From Octopus vulgaris (Eukaryota): a stretch of 64,000 bases of DNA. The notes beneath the pieces were generated by a model that was not told the DNA's origin, did not search any database, and was given only the letters and a program-made list of their open reading frames with translations. The position numbers and the translations under genes were made by a program. Within the stretch, counting starts at the first letter, position 1; every line of letters begins with the position of its first letter. The stretch is taken from assembly GCA_951406725.2 (NCBI GenBank), contig OX597815.1, positions 157,666,001 through 157,730,000 on the forward strand. The letters run 5' to 3'. Of the stretch, positions 41,830 to 55,692 are shown piece after piece.

Positions 41830-42389
41830 CAACAACAACAACAACAATAAAAACATTGTGTATATCTGTTACAAATAGCTGACATTGTGTTTGAAATTTA
41901 AAAGAAAAATGCCGATGATTCTCATTCAATAAATTGCTCACCAACTACGTACTTTATTTCTCGGGCAGTACTGGGTATTCTAGTAAATAACTAACAACTT
42001 TGACATAAATTTAGTTGGTTGAAACAATTGACGCTTTTCATTTGCAATATCTTCGTATTCTGTCGAATGAAAATCGTACGCAACCCTACGCCGCATTAAA
42101 TGAGAATCTGGTGGTAATCGTCAGATGTTATTGTTAATGATAGAGCATAAGCGAATCAGAATGCACAGTCTTCGGTGACGCGATAACGCTAATAATATGT
42201 CACAAAAATACACCTATGTTCTTACCGAAACAAACCAACTTCTGGTTCAATTTCCTCCCGAGGTAATTTTAATTCATTTATATTGCCAATTCTCTTATCC
42301 TTCTCAAAATGAATGCATGCTTGTCACGTGATTGGTTTATGAAGAAATCCTTATGATAAAATAATCTATTGCCCATCTTTCAATTTCAG

Positions 42390-42506
42390 GACAAATAACG
42401 CTCGTTGCTATGGGCCCGTTAACCGACCTAGCCCTTGCACATCGTCTTTACCCGCTGTTTAGCCAGCAATTGAAGTCTTGCTATATAATGGGCGGAAATT
42501 ACCAAG
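42390..42506 (+). CDS. Nucleoside hydrolase coding exon 3
   Basis: tttcag acceptor; QITLVAMGPLTDLALAHRLYPLFSQQLKSCYIMGGNYQ (GPLTN-type and MGG motifs); gtatgt donor. Confidence 0.93.
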
Positions 42507-42722
42507 GTATGTCATTTTATCATACTACTACAACAGCAACAGCTACAACAACAACAACAACTACTACCACCACCACCACCACCACCACCACCACAAGCAC
42601 CACCACCACCACTACTACCACTACTACTACTACTACTACTATCTTTTTATTTCCAAATCTTTAATTCTCCCTATTTGTCTTCGATGACGGAATATACCAT
42701 ACTCTGGGATATCCTAGAAACA

Positions 42723-42761
<39 letters not shown>

Positions 42762-42922
42762 GAGGGGTTTCTTTCAGTTTCTATCTACCAAAATCTCGCT
42801 CACAAGGCTTTGGTTAACTCGGGTCTTTAGTAGACATTTGCCCAAGTTGTTACGCTGTGGGACTGAACACAGAGTTCTGTGTGGCAAGTGTCTTACCACA
42901 CAGCTACGTCCGCGCCTACAGG

Positions 42923-42954
<32 letters not shown>

Positions 42955-43339
42955 ACGCGCGCGTGTGTAATTGGCTGTATATATGTATGTATTGATTGAT
43001 TGTTGATTTTTAATATATTTTCTATCAGTCAATATATTTATAATGACATATCTGAACTGAAAATTCACAAAGACCATATTTTGCCGGAGAAAATTATTAA
43101 GCTATTATTTTGATCTGGCATTCCATAAATCAATGCCATTGAATGTGATTTTTTATTGTCACGAAAGCTATCAGCTTCATCGGAATATATTATTCGACAA
43201 TAGAATAACAAAACAAAGAAAAGCAAGTCCTTTTCAGAGTGGTTTTAATCACAGTACTACAATAAAAATCCTTTAGAGTACGAAAATTTGGGAAAGTCGC
43301 ATATTCTGATCTGTGACAAAGGTATCACTAATATATTGA

Positions 43340-43412
<73 letters not shown>

Positions 43413-43422
43413 ATTGCTGCTG

Positions 43423-43482
<60 letters not shown>

Positions 43483-44493
43483 TTGCGTGAGAGAGCAGTG
43501 CATGCCATCAAAATGACTCTGGGATGTAAATATATGAAACCCGATATACCTATCATGACTACCCGTCTAAGAGCACACAAAGCACATGTTTCACAACCTT
43601 ATGTGCGCGACATTGTGAACTCATATCAAGATAAACAGCTCATAACCTTGCAGGTTAAAATTTTCCTCAACTTGGGTAGCCGATCCCACTCAAAAAGTTC
43701 CTAAATAAGGCTTGCTCAATGATGATGAAAGAAACACGCATGTTCCCAAAGGTGAATCATCTAAGCCCCAAAGATTTCCTCTTAACACATGGGTATGATG
43801 CTCCACAACTACTTCTGCTCGTGATTAGAGATGCACATATCGTCAGCAACTAAGGGACATGCTCAACTGGTTAAGGTGAAACAACTGACAAATCTGGCAA
43901 ATCTGTGGTACTGAGCAGAATATTTGCTGCAGCCCATATTTTGCACCAAGACAAAATATGTACACGTTAGTACTTCCAATCAGTTAAGATCAGAAACCCC
44001 GAGAGCCACTGCGTGGTACTTCGCCACGGCATTCTTCTTATTGGCGGCGAGCTAGCAGAGTCGTTACCATGCCTGGCATTTCGTCTGTCTGTAACTTCTG
44101 ACTTCAAATTCCTCCGTGGTCGACTTTGCCTTTCATACTTTCGGGGTTGATAAACTAAGTACCGGTGAAACACTAGGATCAATGTAATCGACTAGTCTCC
44201 TCCCACCAAATTTCAGGCTTTGTGCCTTTAGTATACACGTGCACAAAAGCTGCCTGATGCTGTTACAATCCGTAGTGTTGTGGTGACGGGTGGGAAATGG
44301 ACTTTGGAGGATGGTGAGAAACCACCGAGGACAGTATAATAAGAAAACAAGGATAAAAATATAAATAAATAAGACTAAAAGGAAAGTAAAAGGCTAGAAT
44401 GAACTGGAATCCATCCTCAGGAGACTTTTAACTTCATAAGTGTGAAATGACTGAATGATCTGAAGAATAAGAGGAGTACTGTACCAATTTGTG

Positions 44494-44578
<85 letters not shown>

Positions 44579-44693
44579 AATTAACAGATATAAAACCTCT
44601 TGCGCACATTTTCAACTCAATCTTATTTTCCAATATATGTATATGTGTGCGTACGTATGTATGTATATATACACACATAAGAACAGAAATGGA

Positions 44694-44785
<92 letters not shown>

Positions 44786-44834
44786 CACATACACATATGA
44801 ATATACATATATATGCCATTATAATACGTTACAG

Positions 44835-44971
44835 CCAAAGGAAACATTACCAGGACAGCTGAATTCAACGCTTATCTCGATCCTGAAGCATCTAAGATTG
44901 TTTTGACAGAGTTTCAGTGTGAAATCAGTTTATTTCCATGGGAACTGTGTGTTGACAGTGGAATGCCTTGG
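44835..44971 (+). CDS. Nucleoside hydrolase coding exon 4
   Basis: ttacag acceptor; AKGNITRTAEFNAYLDPEASKIVLTEFQCEISLFPWELCVDSGMPW (GN..AEFN..DPEA motif); gtaagt donor. This frame is missing from the ORF track. Confidence 0.93.
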
Positions 44972-47900
44972 GTAAGTCACTTAATTTGTGTATTTCTAAA
45001 ATTTCCCGACTTTTCATAAAAAAAAAAAATTGTTTGGCATGTGTTTTTGTAGATCTCATTTATCGTGTTCTCTCTGACGGAAAAAAAACAAAAAACAAAA
45101 CGAAGCTTTGTTGCAACCTTTCCGATGTTGTTATTGTCATTACTGTTCTTGCTTTTTAACGAATATGTCCATATCCATGCACAGACAAATCTCGAGTAAA
45201 AGAAGTACAAGAAGACTACATTGGCGAGAATGCGTGGGCTAAGACTACGCGCCTTCATTGATCACTTAAAGTTGACACAGTGTCACGTGACAACACGCTG
45301 GGGCTGCCTGCTGGAACTGCCTGCTGGAGCCTAGGCAGGTATTTAAAGGAAAAAAATTTGACAAGTCAGTCAGTCGCCGGCTGACACTCGTTGACGCTAC
45401 ACCGAAGAGGCTAGGGAACAGAAGAAAGAAGAAAGAAGACATGCACCCAACACCAGAGCTGAAGGCACCTCCGAAAGGGGGGGACACCACGTCAAAACGG
45501 TAGAGGAGTAGGGGCCAAAACCGGACATGGTTCCTCCTGATGATGTCTTGAGCTAACTGGATGCTATAAAGGAGCTGTTGTGGTAGCAGACCACGAAACA
45601 CGGTTGTAATTCCTCAGAAGTATAAGAAGACTACAATGGCGATGGGTGGAGTGATCTGCATCAAGGAATAAACAGCGAGGCGCAGTGTGAAAAACATGCG
45701 GGTGGTTAGTGAAGAGAAATATGGTAAGGGATGGTGGTGTCTTACTCTGTGTATTTACAATCTCCCTAGGCTACAGACTTTCATTGGGTGGTCAGCTTAG
45801 TCGACTGAGGATGGGCTACATAACTCCTCTAAATATGTGTGTAGGTTTTGCTTGCCTTAGTCAACTTTACCTAATCAGAGCATCATTTGTTTCCTTTGTG
45901 AAGGGGACTGGGTTAGCGAAGGTTAAGCATGTTGGATACGAGCACAGTGGAGGTTAATGTGTACTTGACAGTTCATTGATGTGACACAAAGCACAGAATA
46001 TATATTTTGTTGTATACCAAACGTTGAACATATAGTGTCGTATTTATATTTAGATATGCAACATACACAATATCATTGATACATTTACATCATGTATACA
46101 ATGTCATAGTTATATTACATATACAACCTATATTCAGATAAACTCAGTTAATATATGAAAACTGATTATAAATTCAAATAACTTGGTAATTTCCCATTCA
46201 TTTATGTAATATAAATGATTTCTAATGCATGGAATTAAGCTACACACACACTTTAGGGTAGGGCACAGTAGACTAAATCGATCTCATTACTTAAGTTTTA
46301 CATTATTTTCTCGACCCTGAAGGGTAAAAGGCAAAGTTGACCCCATTAAAATATGAACTCAGAACGTAAAGGAAGGTAGATAGATACCACAAGGAATTTT
46401 ATTTCCTCCAATGCACTCAAGATTCAACCAATTCCACCACTATTTTTGTTTGATAGAAGTTAGACGACTTATAACTCCTAAAGAGATAGGATGGTCATAA
46501 TTGGAATGTCCATGATCACTAGCCTTTTGGATCTTGTAACTTGGTTCTAAAATAAGAAAACCCTCACACAATAACGAGTATTCTCTTAAACGATGCACGC
46601 CACTATAAGACTACACTTTGCTCGACCCTATATTAGATACGACGTTAGCAAACACTCGCTTTAAGGGGAAATTAATCCGATTCCAGTTCCCCACAAGAAC
46701 AATTTTCTTACGCTCAACCCATTAGGGAAAAGTCATAAGAGCAACAACTTATTTCATTATTCGAATATTTATAAGATTTCGTGAGAAATTCAGAAATCAG
46801 TAATTTAATAATGTTTTGAAAACAGCACGAATGATTCCAAGATGTAACAGAATATAACATCCGTAAAATGAAGTATATGAAAGTTCCACCTGATATAAGC
46901 TATAATTATACGCGTCAAAGATAGAGCCTAAAGCCAACGAAGAAACTTTTGCATATTCGTTTGGACTGGTAAAAGTAGCAGCCAAATATCCTTCAATTTA
47001 CACCCCCACCATTTAAGAAAAGAACATAAATAATGTGGTCCTATCTTTTCTGCACACTGTGAAAAAAATGCAAGACGATCACGGTTGAAATACTTTTGAT
47101 CAAATGGCTGCTAAATCAAAATTAAACAGGAGCTAAGCAACATTAAAGCCTCGCTTGATCTTCTAAAAATAACACTCACGTTTTCTCCAAATCACATTCT
47201 GTTGTAAAAAAAAAAAATGGGAGCACAATAATACGATCTTTCTTTCTCTTATACCGAATGTTCTGAAACTGAAACAGAAAATTCGTGGTCAAATGCTTTC
47301 TACTGCCATCAACACAAGGTCACACATTTGACTGAACTGGTTATCGGTGTATTACAGGTAATTATTTTGTAAACTCCCCTGGAAAATCTACAGGCAAAGC
47401 AAAACGAAACTGAAAACATAGCTAAACCCTATACGGACTCTCCCACCAAATAAGGCGGTGAGCTGGCAGAAACGTTAGCACGCCGGGCGAAATGCGTAGC
47501 CGTATTTCGTCTGCCGTTACGTTCTGAGTTCAAATTCTGCTGAGGTCGACTTTGCCTTTCATCCTTTCGGGGTCGATAAATTAAGTACCAATTACGCACT
47601 GGGGTCGATGTAATCGATTTAATCCATTTGTCTGTCCTTGTTTGTCACTTCTGTGCTTAGCCCCTTGTGGATAGTAAAGAAATAAGAATTTCGTCTGCCG
47701 CTACGTTCTGAGTTCAAATTCCACCGAGGTCGACTTTGCCTTTCCTTTCGGAGTCGATTAAATAAGTACCGGTTACGCACTGGGGTCTATATAACCGACT
47801 TAATCCGTTTGTTTGTCCTTGTTTGTCCTCTCTGTGTTTAGCCCCTTGTGGGTAGTAAAGAAATAGGACTCTCCCACCAACTTCACCCTCTTTCTACAAA

Positions 47901-48423
47901 TGACTGATTTCTTACACTGCGCAGACTTTGAATTTATAAAGGGTAGAGCATGGTTGATTGAACCGACCATATTAAACACCTGATAATTATTTTATAAACC
48001 CCAACCCGGGAAATGAAAAAATAAATTCGATTCTAAAGTGACTTGAATTCAGAACGTAGAGGGATGTCAATCCCCAAGTAATGTCAATCCCCAAAAGATA
48101 AAAGATATATGTTGACAGAAATGAATTCAGAACGTAAAGGCACGTAACTAAACTCATTCCGATGCCTTAACAATTCGTTTAGTCTTTGACATTCACTAAT
48201 TTATACTGACTGATAATTTAGACAGAAGGTTATTTATTTTGCAGCCGGAGGAATAGTGCAATTATTATTTTTTTTCCACAACTGAAAAATGAAAATTGAT
48301 GTTGGAGAATTTTACATTCGGAATGTAATGTGGCAGCACTCAATATGTAATGAATTTTGGTCGATATTTCCATTTATGTTAGAATCCTTTGTATGACAAT
48401 TATTATTGCTTTATATTTTCTAG

Positions 48424-48747
48424 GATTTCTATGACAAGTTGCGTAACAAATCAGGCAAAGAGGCCGAATTAATGAGGGTTATAGAAAAGAATCTGACATC
48501 AAAATGGAAAAAGAAACCATCTTACGTAATCTGCGATGAACTTGCTATGGCAGGAGCTATCGAGGAATCAACAGTGAAAGAATTTAAACATGTTTCCCTA
48601 GATGTTGAACTGACGGGCCAATTTACAAGGGGACAATTTGTCATCGACTGGGATAACAGGTGTAAAGATGCCGTTAAAATTCGATTGGTTACGAAGATGA
48701 ATATGGATCGAGTAATGGAGATGCTCTTGGATACCTATGGAAATTAA
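48424..48747 (+). CDS. Nucleoside hydrolase terminal exon
   Basis: ttctag acceptor; DFYDKLRNK...YVICDELAMAGAI...DVELTGQFTRGQFVIDW...YGN*; AATAAA at ~48817. The five exons sum to 936 nt = 311 aa + stop. Confidence 0.93.
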   Translation, partial: DFYDKLRNKSGKEAELMRVIEKNLTSKWKKKPSYVICDELAMAGAIEESTVKEFKHVSLDVELTGQFTRGQFVIDWDNRCKDAVKIRLVTKMNMDRVMEMLLDTYGN

Positions 48748-49615
48748 AGAGAAATTCTGAGAGAATCTCAAGAAAATTAACTAGGTTTTTAAAACTTGAA
48801 ATGTTTTGCAAATATTAATAAAATGAATTTAAATGGTTTCCTGTTTTATTATTATTTTCGTTTAGAACCCCCTCCATCCACTGTCAATCCGATCGAACAG
48901 ACCTATGAATAAAGGTGGCCAATCAACATTGCTTATTGCGTTTCTTGTTGGTTAATTAATCGACAGCTAATTTACTATTAGTTCTTTAAATATAAAAATG
49001 ACTGTTTCTTAATAGGCTATGAAAGACAGATTTGCTGTCTGTAGCTGACGGTCCGATGATGTCATACGTAATCCGGCTGGATGGTTTCCACACGCGTTGT
49101 CTGTAAGGAGGATATCTGTCCCAAGACAATTTTCTCAGCGAAAGCCTTTCCACTCAAGAGTGTATAGGAATGGCTTAAATATAAATATGCATACTTAAAA
49201 TTTAGTCAACACATAGTATGCCCTCAGTGAATTGATCTTGGATTTTATTCTGACATAGGATATCTAGACCGCACCCATGGAAAATTTACGTATAAATATG
49301 TATCCTTTATTTTTTTACTCTTTTCATTAAGCATATGTATATTTGTTTCTCTCGATACATAAAAAGTTTAGCACATTTTCAATCCGTTATCATTTTCCTA
49401 TATATGCATGCGTGTGTATGTATATATGAATGCATATATGTATGTATGTGTATGAATATATGTTTACATAAAATGAGGTAGTTTTTGTGAAGAATTGTAA
49501 GCTATAATTTAAAGAATGTAGCTGTGTAAAGCCGGAACAATGCGAAAAGGTACAAAGTAAACTACAAATTGAAAAGAAAACAGAACGTTTGTTGCTCAGA
49601 ACTACTGCATTTCTG

Positions 49616-49657
49616 AATGTCCTGAAGAAGGGGTCTTCACCCCGAAATATAGAAATA
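49616..49657 (+). ncRNA. Ultra-minimal hammerhead ribozyme in the loop of an inverted repeat
   Basis: atgtc-CTGAAGA-a-GGGGT-cttc-ACCCC-GAAA-tata-gaaat; IR arms ~49511-49587 / 49677-49771. Confidence 0.65.
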
Positions 49658-50661
49658 CAAGGTAAAACTGCAGCTTCGTTCTGTTTTCTTTTCATTTTTA
49701 GTTTAATTTGTACCTTCTCTCATTGTTCCGGCTTTACACTAGTGGATCGGCTTTACTCAACTACATTCTTTTAATATATATATACGTATACAACATCCAG
49801 CCGTCTGGATTACTGCTCCCAACTGTGGTCACCAAACAGTGTAAAATGCATAATAGAGCATAAATAGAGCAGAAATAGGAGAAATAGAGGGTTGTGTTAA
49901 TTAGCATTTAAAGTGTTGCTACAGGAGCTGAGAACAAGAGAAAGCTTGGTGTTGTTACTCGTCTTTCTTCATTTAAATATGAGTTAACAATTTAATGCGG
50001 GAAGCATCCACAAATTAATTCGTATAAAAGCTAACGAGACAAGAGTTATTAAAATTAACTTTCTTTGTGTCTCTTAAGAAATATTAGTTACATTCCTTAA
50101 AGGTTACAGTAAAAGAATGTAGTTGTGTAAAGCCGATCCACTCTTGCTACCAGAGACTTCAACAAGTTATTTTTGAACTCTACTCCTTTTTCTTCTCTAT
50201 TTCTGCTCTATTATGCATGAATTCTTGCTACCAGAGACTTCCACAAGTTATTTTTGAACTCTAGTGAGTATAAATGATTACTCAACTCAAACTATATAAA
50301 CTACTGCCCAATACATTCACTACTTGCAACCTGACAGACAGTCCTACGCAGAGATCAGAAGCAAAATAAAGCAAAAGCATAAATTAACATTTTTTCTTTT
50401 TCTGTGGTAATTGATTTGTGAAATATAAACTTTTCGGTGCAAATTGTATAAATATCCATTTTTTTATTTACCGCGGACACGATAAAGCAACATCCAAAAT
50501 TATAAGGAGTGGCTGTGTGGTTAGTAGCTTGCTTCGCAATCATATGATTCCGGGTTCAGTCTCACTACGTGGCACCATAAGCAAGTGTCTTCTACTACAG
50601 CCTCGGGTCGACCAAAGCCTTGTGAGTGGATTTGGTTGGCGGACACTGAAAGAAGCCTGTC

Positions 50662-50840
<179 letters not shown>

Positions 50841-50842
50841 CA

Positions 50843-50891
<49 letters not shown>

Positions 50892-50974
50892 TCCTTCCAC
50901 CATCGCTTGACACCGATGTTGGTGTGATTATGTCTTCGTAACTTAGTGGTTCGGCAAAAGAGAACACCTTGAAA

Positions 50975-51545
50975 AATACCTTATATGATTGCCAACATTT
51001 TGATTAGAATTTGTACTACAATTGATTTAATATAAATCGATTAGATGTACAAAACTATTACATCAAGGGACCCTAAAAGACATGGAAGAAAATACTTGTA
51101 TACTAATAGATGTAAGTGTTCCCACTGATAAAAATATAACTGCAAAAGAATTTGACAAATTAAGTAAATATAAAGACCTGGGAATTGAAATACAAAAGAA
51201 GTAGCATCATAAAGCAAGAACTGTGCCTAGATATGATAAAAAAGTGATGTCAAGCAAAACGGATCAACTAGACAACATCTAGACAACATCCCAGGAGAAT
51301 CATGTCTCAGAGAAATTCAAAAGATTGTGCTGACAAGTACTTCTCACATCCTTTGAAAAACCTTATCAACTTAAATGTCTGTATTGTATTACATGAAGAT
51401 ATTTCACTACTACTCCTGCCACTTTCCCTCCACAAGCTTTCAGTCACTTATCCTTCACTTGCTCTAGGACGCTGGGTGTGTCTCGGCAAGCTATTGTAAC
51501 AAACATGCAGATTAAAAGTAAATAGCAATAATAATAATAATAACA
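50975..51545 (+). mobile_element. 3' fragment of an R4/Dong-type LINE ending in (AAT)n
   Basis: Remnant LIDVSVPTDKNITAKEFDKLSKYKDLGIEI; tail aataataataa. Confidence 0.7.
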
Positions 51546-52556
51546 ATTTCAAATTTTGGTACACGGCCAGCAATTTTGGAGTTCGAGGTAAGTCGATGGC
51601 ATCGATCTCGGTACGCAACTAGTATTTATTTCATCGATTACCAGCGGGATAGTAGACGAAGTTGATCCCAGCGATATTTAGACTGAAAACATATAGAGCC
51701 GCAACATAAACTGCAAAGCATTTTTCCTGAAGCTCTAATTATTCTGCTAATTCAATAACACACACGCGCGCGCACACGCACGCAGCATACGCATACACAC
51801 ACTCACACACACGCTTGTGTATGTTTGATTATGTATGAGTTGATGCGTATATAGAGGGTACAAGCACGACCGAGTGGTTACGAAATTCTCTTGACAATGT
51901 TTTGAGCTTCAACCTCGCCACCCGCTGTCTTTTACCATAGCATCGAATGGAATCAAACCGTGCGGATGGAATTTGAGTAGACAAAAACTGTGTGGAAGCT
52001 TACAGGGTCGACTGTAGGGACAATATAGTCACATATTGTGTCATTCAAAATCCTATCAGAAGATTACGGTCAGGGTACGCATGTCCGTCTACAGCTCACC
52101 ATCTTAAACTGTAACTGAATGTGTTAGTAGTGCAGCTGGCTGAAAAATTGGAACAATCATCGTTTAAAGCGACGGAGGATATACTTACATTTAATCACTT
52201 GTATAAAGACACGTATAAAAAGGAGATATTATTTTTGAAACTGACTTTAATTAAGCAATCGTCTCGTTATTACGAGTAAAGAGATGTATAAAAAGGAGAT
52301 ATTGTTTAAACTGTGACTATAATTAAGCAATCGTCTCGTTATTACAAGTAAAGCGATTAAAACAATTGCAGTTTAGATTGTAGATTTTCCTTCTTGATTT
52401 TTTCCTCCAATATATTTTGAATGATATCTTGGCAGATACACAAGTCATATTATTGAATAACTGCTCAATAATAATTGGTTGTAAATACAAGGAAATTAGA
52501 TTAAAATTTAGCGACATACTTTGTAAACCCTGATTTTATTAGTCACTCGCTGCCGC

Positions 52557-53080
52557 TTATTGAACATTTCCAGCATCTTCTGGCGTTGACAACATAATCC
52601 TGCGTATCTCCGACAATACTTCAATCATATCGTTGATTTTGGATACAATCATATTTTCCATCTTTAATTGTTCCTGTGTATTATTGTCAAATTTCATGTT
52701 CAGTTTGCGAACACCGCGTAATGTGGAATTTAGCTTTGCTTCATGACTCTCTCTGGCTACTTTGTCGGCGAGCTCAGCATCAAGGGCACCTTCCTTTCTT
52801 AAGATCTCACTAGCTCGCTCTATCAAGATATTTTTAGCTTCTGGGTAAGTTTCTAGAGCTGCGAGCAAATCAGTTTTGCATAAACTGAATAAATCTGTGA
52901 AGCCGATACTGCGCACAGTAGCCGTCCTTCTGTTACCATATTTATTTCCAGGAATTGTTAGAACACTGAGGTCTCCAAAAGACTCACCTTCACCAAATTC
53001 TTTGAACACTACTGATAAATCTTCAGACAAGACTTGAAGTTTCCCAGATTTTACGATGTACATTTCTCTTCCTATGTCAC
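52557..53080 (-). CDS. CNGA: CNG channel alpha-type subunit, terminal exon (cyclic-nucleotide-binding domain, C-terminus)
   Basis: ttccag acceptor; GDIGREMYIVKSGKLQV...GESFGDLSVL..GNRRTATVRSIGFTDLFSLCKTDL..AL.TYPEAK..L. Confidence 0.95.
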
Positions 53081-53259
53081 CTGGAATATAAGAAAAGAAA
53101 AATAACCATCACCACTCAGTATTACCTACAATTATCATCACCTTCATCACCACTACACCACCACCATCACCACCAATACCACCATCATTTCATCCAGCAT
53201 CACTGGCACCACCACCGCCGCCGCTGACGATATGTGCTAAATATTCTGCCAGCTCACAG

Positions 53260-53371
<112 letters not shown>

Positions 53372-53960
53372 TAATAATAATAATAATAATAATAATAATA
53401 GATGCAGTATCAGGTACTGGGTCTCGTGGCGTCTGATCTTGATTGGACGTGTTATCATGTACATTGTTTTGTCTTGCCATAAAAGATGGGCTACAGAAAA
53501 TATTCTGCTCAATACGACAGATTTGCTTACCAGTTGTTTGACCATAACCAGTTAAGCATGTTCCTTCGTGGCTGACGATATTTGCATCTTTGATCACGAG
53601 CAGAAGTAGCGGGGGAGCATCATAACCATGTGTTGCGAGGAATTCTTTGGGGCTTGGATTATTCAGCTTTAGAAACATGGGTGTTTCGTTCAACATCCTT
53701 AAACCCTTATTCAGGGACCATTTGAGTGGGATGGGCTACTCGACCTGAAGAAAATTCTGACTCGTGCATATTGCTGTAATGCATGTGCATGGTGTATCCT
53801 TATCAGACGGGTAGTCATGATGGGCATACTGGGCTTCGTACCCCAGTGTTACTTTGATGGCATGCACTGCTATCTCACTCACTCAGTGATGATGACGATG
53901 ATGATGATGATGATGATGATAATGATGATGATGATGATGATGATGATGACAACAATAACG

Positions 53961-54035
<75 letters not shown>

Positions 54036-54656
54036 CTAAATTCTGTAAAGCAATCCGAAGAAAGTACTGGTTGAAACAAAAAGGATATAGGGCAGTAATG
54101 GAAAAATTAAGGATAGGAACGAGCGCTGCCAAGATCAAGAGATATACGAGCAGAATTGTACAGTTTAGACAAAATAAGTTTCTCGAAACAGATCAAAGTA
54201 GATTTCACAAGGATCAAATTGAAGTTGTTATAGTAAATGTACTACTTAGCAAGGAATAGACAAAGGAATTCTTGAGAAACATTTGGAGCTACGAAGAAAA
54301 ACCTAATGCTGATGCAGAACGGTCAAAAAGAGATAAAGGTCTACTAAAACAGAGGAAGATAAAGATCACAGAAGAAAAGTTTTAAAATGTCTTGAAAGGG
54401 ATGCCAAACTGGAAATCTCCTGGGCCAAATTTGATGCGGTGATTTTGACTAAAACGTTTCACTGCGCTTCATGGTAGAATGGGAACACAACTAAATAATT
54501 GTATTGAGACAAGAGATACTTCTGAATGGATGACGAAATGTATAACGGTTCTGATATTGAAAGACCAGAAGAAAGGAAATTTAGCAAGCAACTGCCGACC
54601 TATAACTTTATAACTTGCCTTCCACTGATGTAGAAGTTGTTAACAGATGTTATTGC

Positions 54657-54721
<65 letters not shown>

Positions 54722-54725
<4 letters not shown>

Positions 54726-55456
54726 TATTAGAGAATTATCCACTATGTGGACAACTCTAGTGCTAAAAATAGCTCCGAAGCAACCACAGAAGATCCGTTT
54801 CCAACTAGAATCAACACACATCTAACTGAAGGAAAGTGAAATACAACGAATAAAATAGATTGACTCTATACAATTGTTTCATTACTAATGCAATATGTAG
54901 TTTTACTTACACTTGCATCCATAAATCTTCGGTAGAGTTTGTCAGAAATGCAATTAATTAGATCGATTCGGGCGTCAAAAACACGAGCGGTCCAACCAAT
55001 TACATTTTTAGTTATGTCTCAAATTCCGCGCCAAAAGCATGCCTAGACTCCATTGGAAACGTATGCCGCATCAAATAAAATATTAACTGCCGCATGGTTA
55101 AATTTATAAAATTATAAATGAGGGTGAAAAATCGATATTAATTTAATAATACCGTCATAATAATACCGTGTAAGTAAAACTACATATTGCATTAGTAATG
55201 AAACAATTGTATAGAGTCAATCTATTTTATTCGTTGTATTTCACTTTCCTTCAGTTAGATGTGTGTTGATTCTAGTTGGAAACGGATCTTCTGAGGTTGC
55301 TTCGGAGCTATTTTTAGCACTAGAGTTGTCCACATAGTGGATAACTCTCTAATAATTTATGTATAAATTTGTATTTTCTCCGTAGTATTTTGTGCTAAGC
55401 CACTTGGTGTTAAATTGACGGTATTATTAAATTAATATCGATTTTTCACCCTCATT

Positions 55457-55469
<13 letters not shown>
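54722..55469. mobile_element. Foldback element in (TA)n with nested inverted repeats (PLE-terminal-repeat-like)
   Basis: 191-bp IR (54722-54912 / 55168-55358, 2 mismatches by eye) plus ~53-bp IR (55105-55157 / 55416-55469). TA microsatellites on both sides. Confidence 0.85.
54863..54938 (-). ncRNA. Type-I minimal hammerhead ribozyme, U4C core variant
   Basis: Minus strand: actcta-CCGAAGA-tttatggatgcaa..ttgcattagtaat-GAAAC-aatt-GTA-tagagt; perfect 6-bp stem I. Confidence 0.7.
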
Positions 55470-55508
<39 letters not shown>

Positions 55509-55573
55509 TATATACACATATATATATACACATATATATACATATATATATACATATATACATACATATATAT

Positions 55574-55622
<49 letters not shown>

Positions 55623-55629
55623 TATATAC

Positions 55630-55692
<63 letters not shown>

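Noticed and set aside
45535-45610. CTGATGA and a later hairpin-GAAAC
   Set aside because: The core and the hairpin are not adjacent and no stem I forms.
53480-53880. ORF 53190-53696 as a nested gene
   Set aside because: The sequence is an interspersed repeat also present inverted at ~43670-43970, and it runs into (AAT)n.
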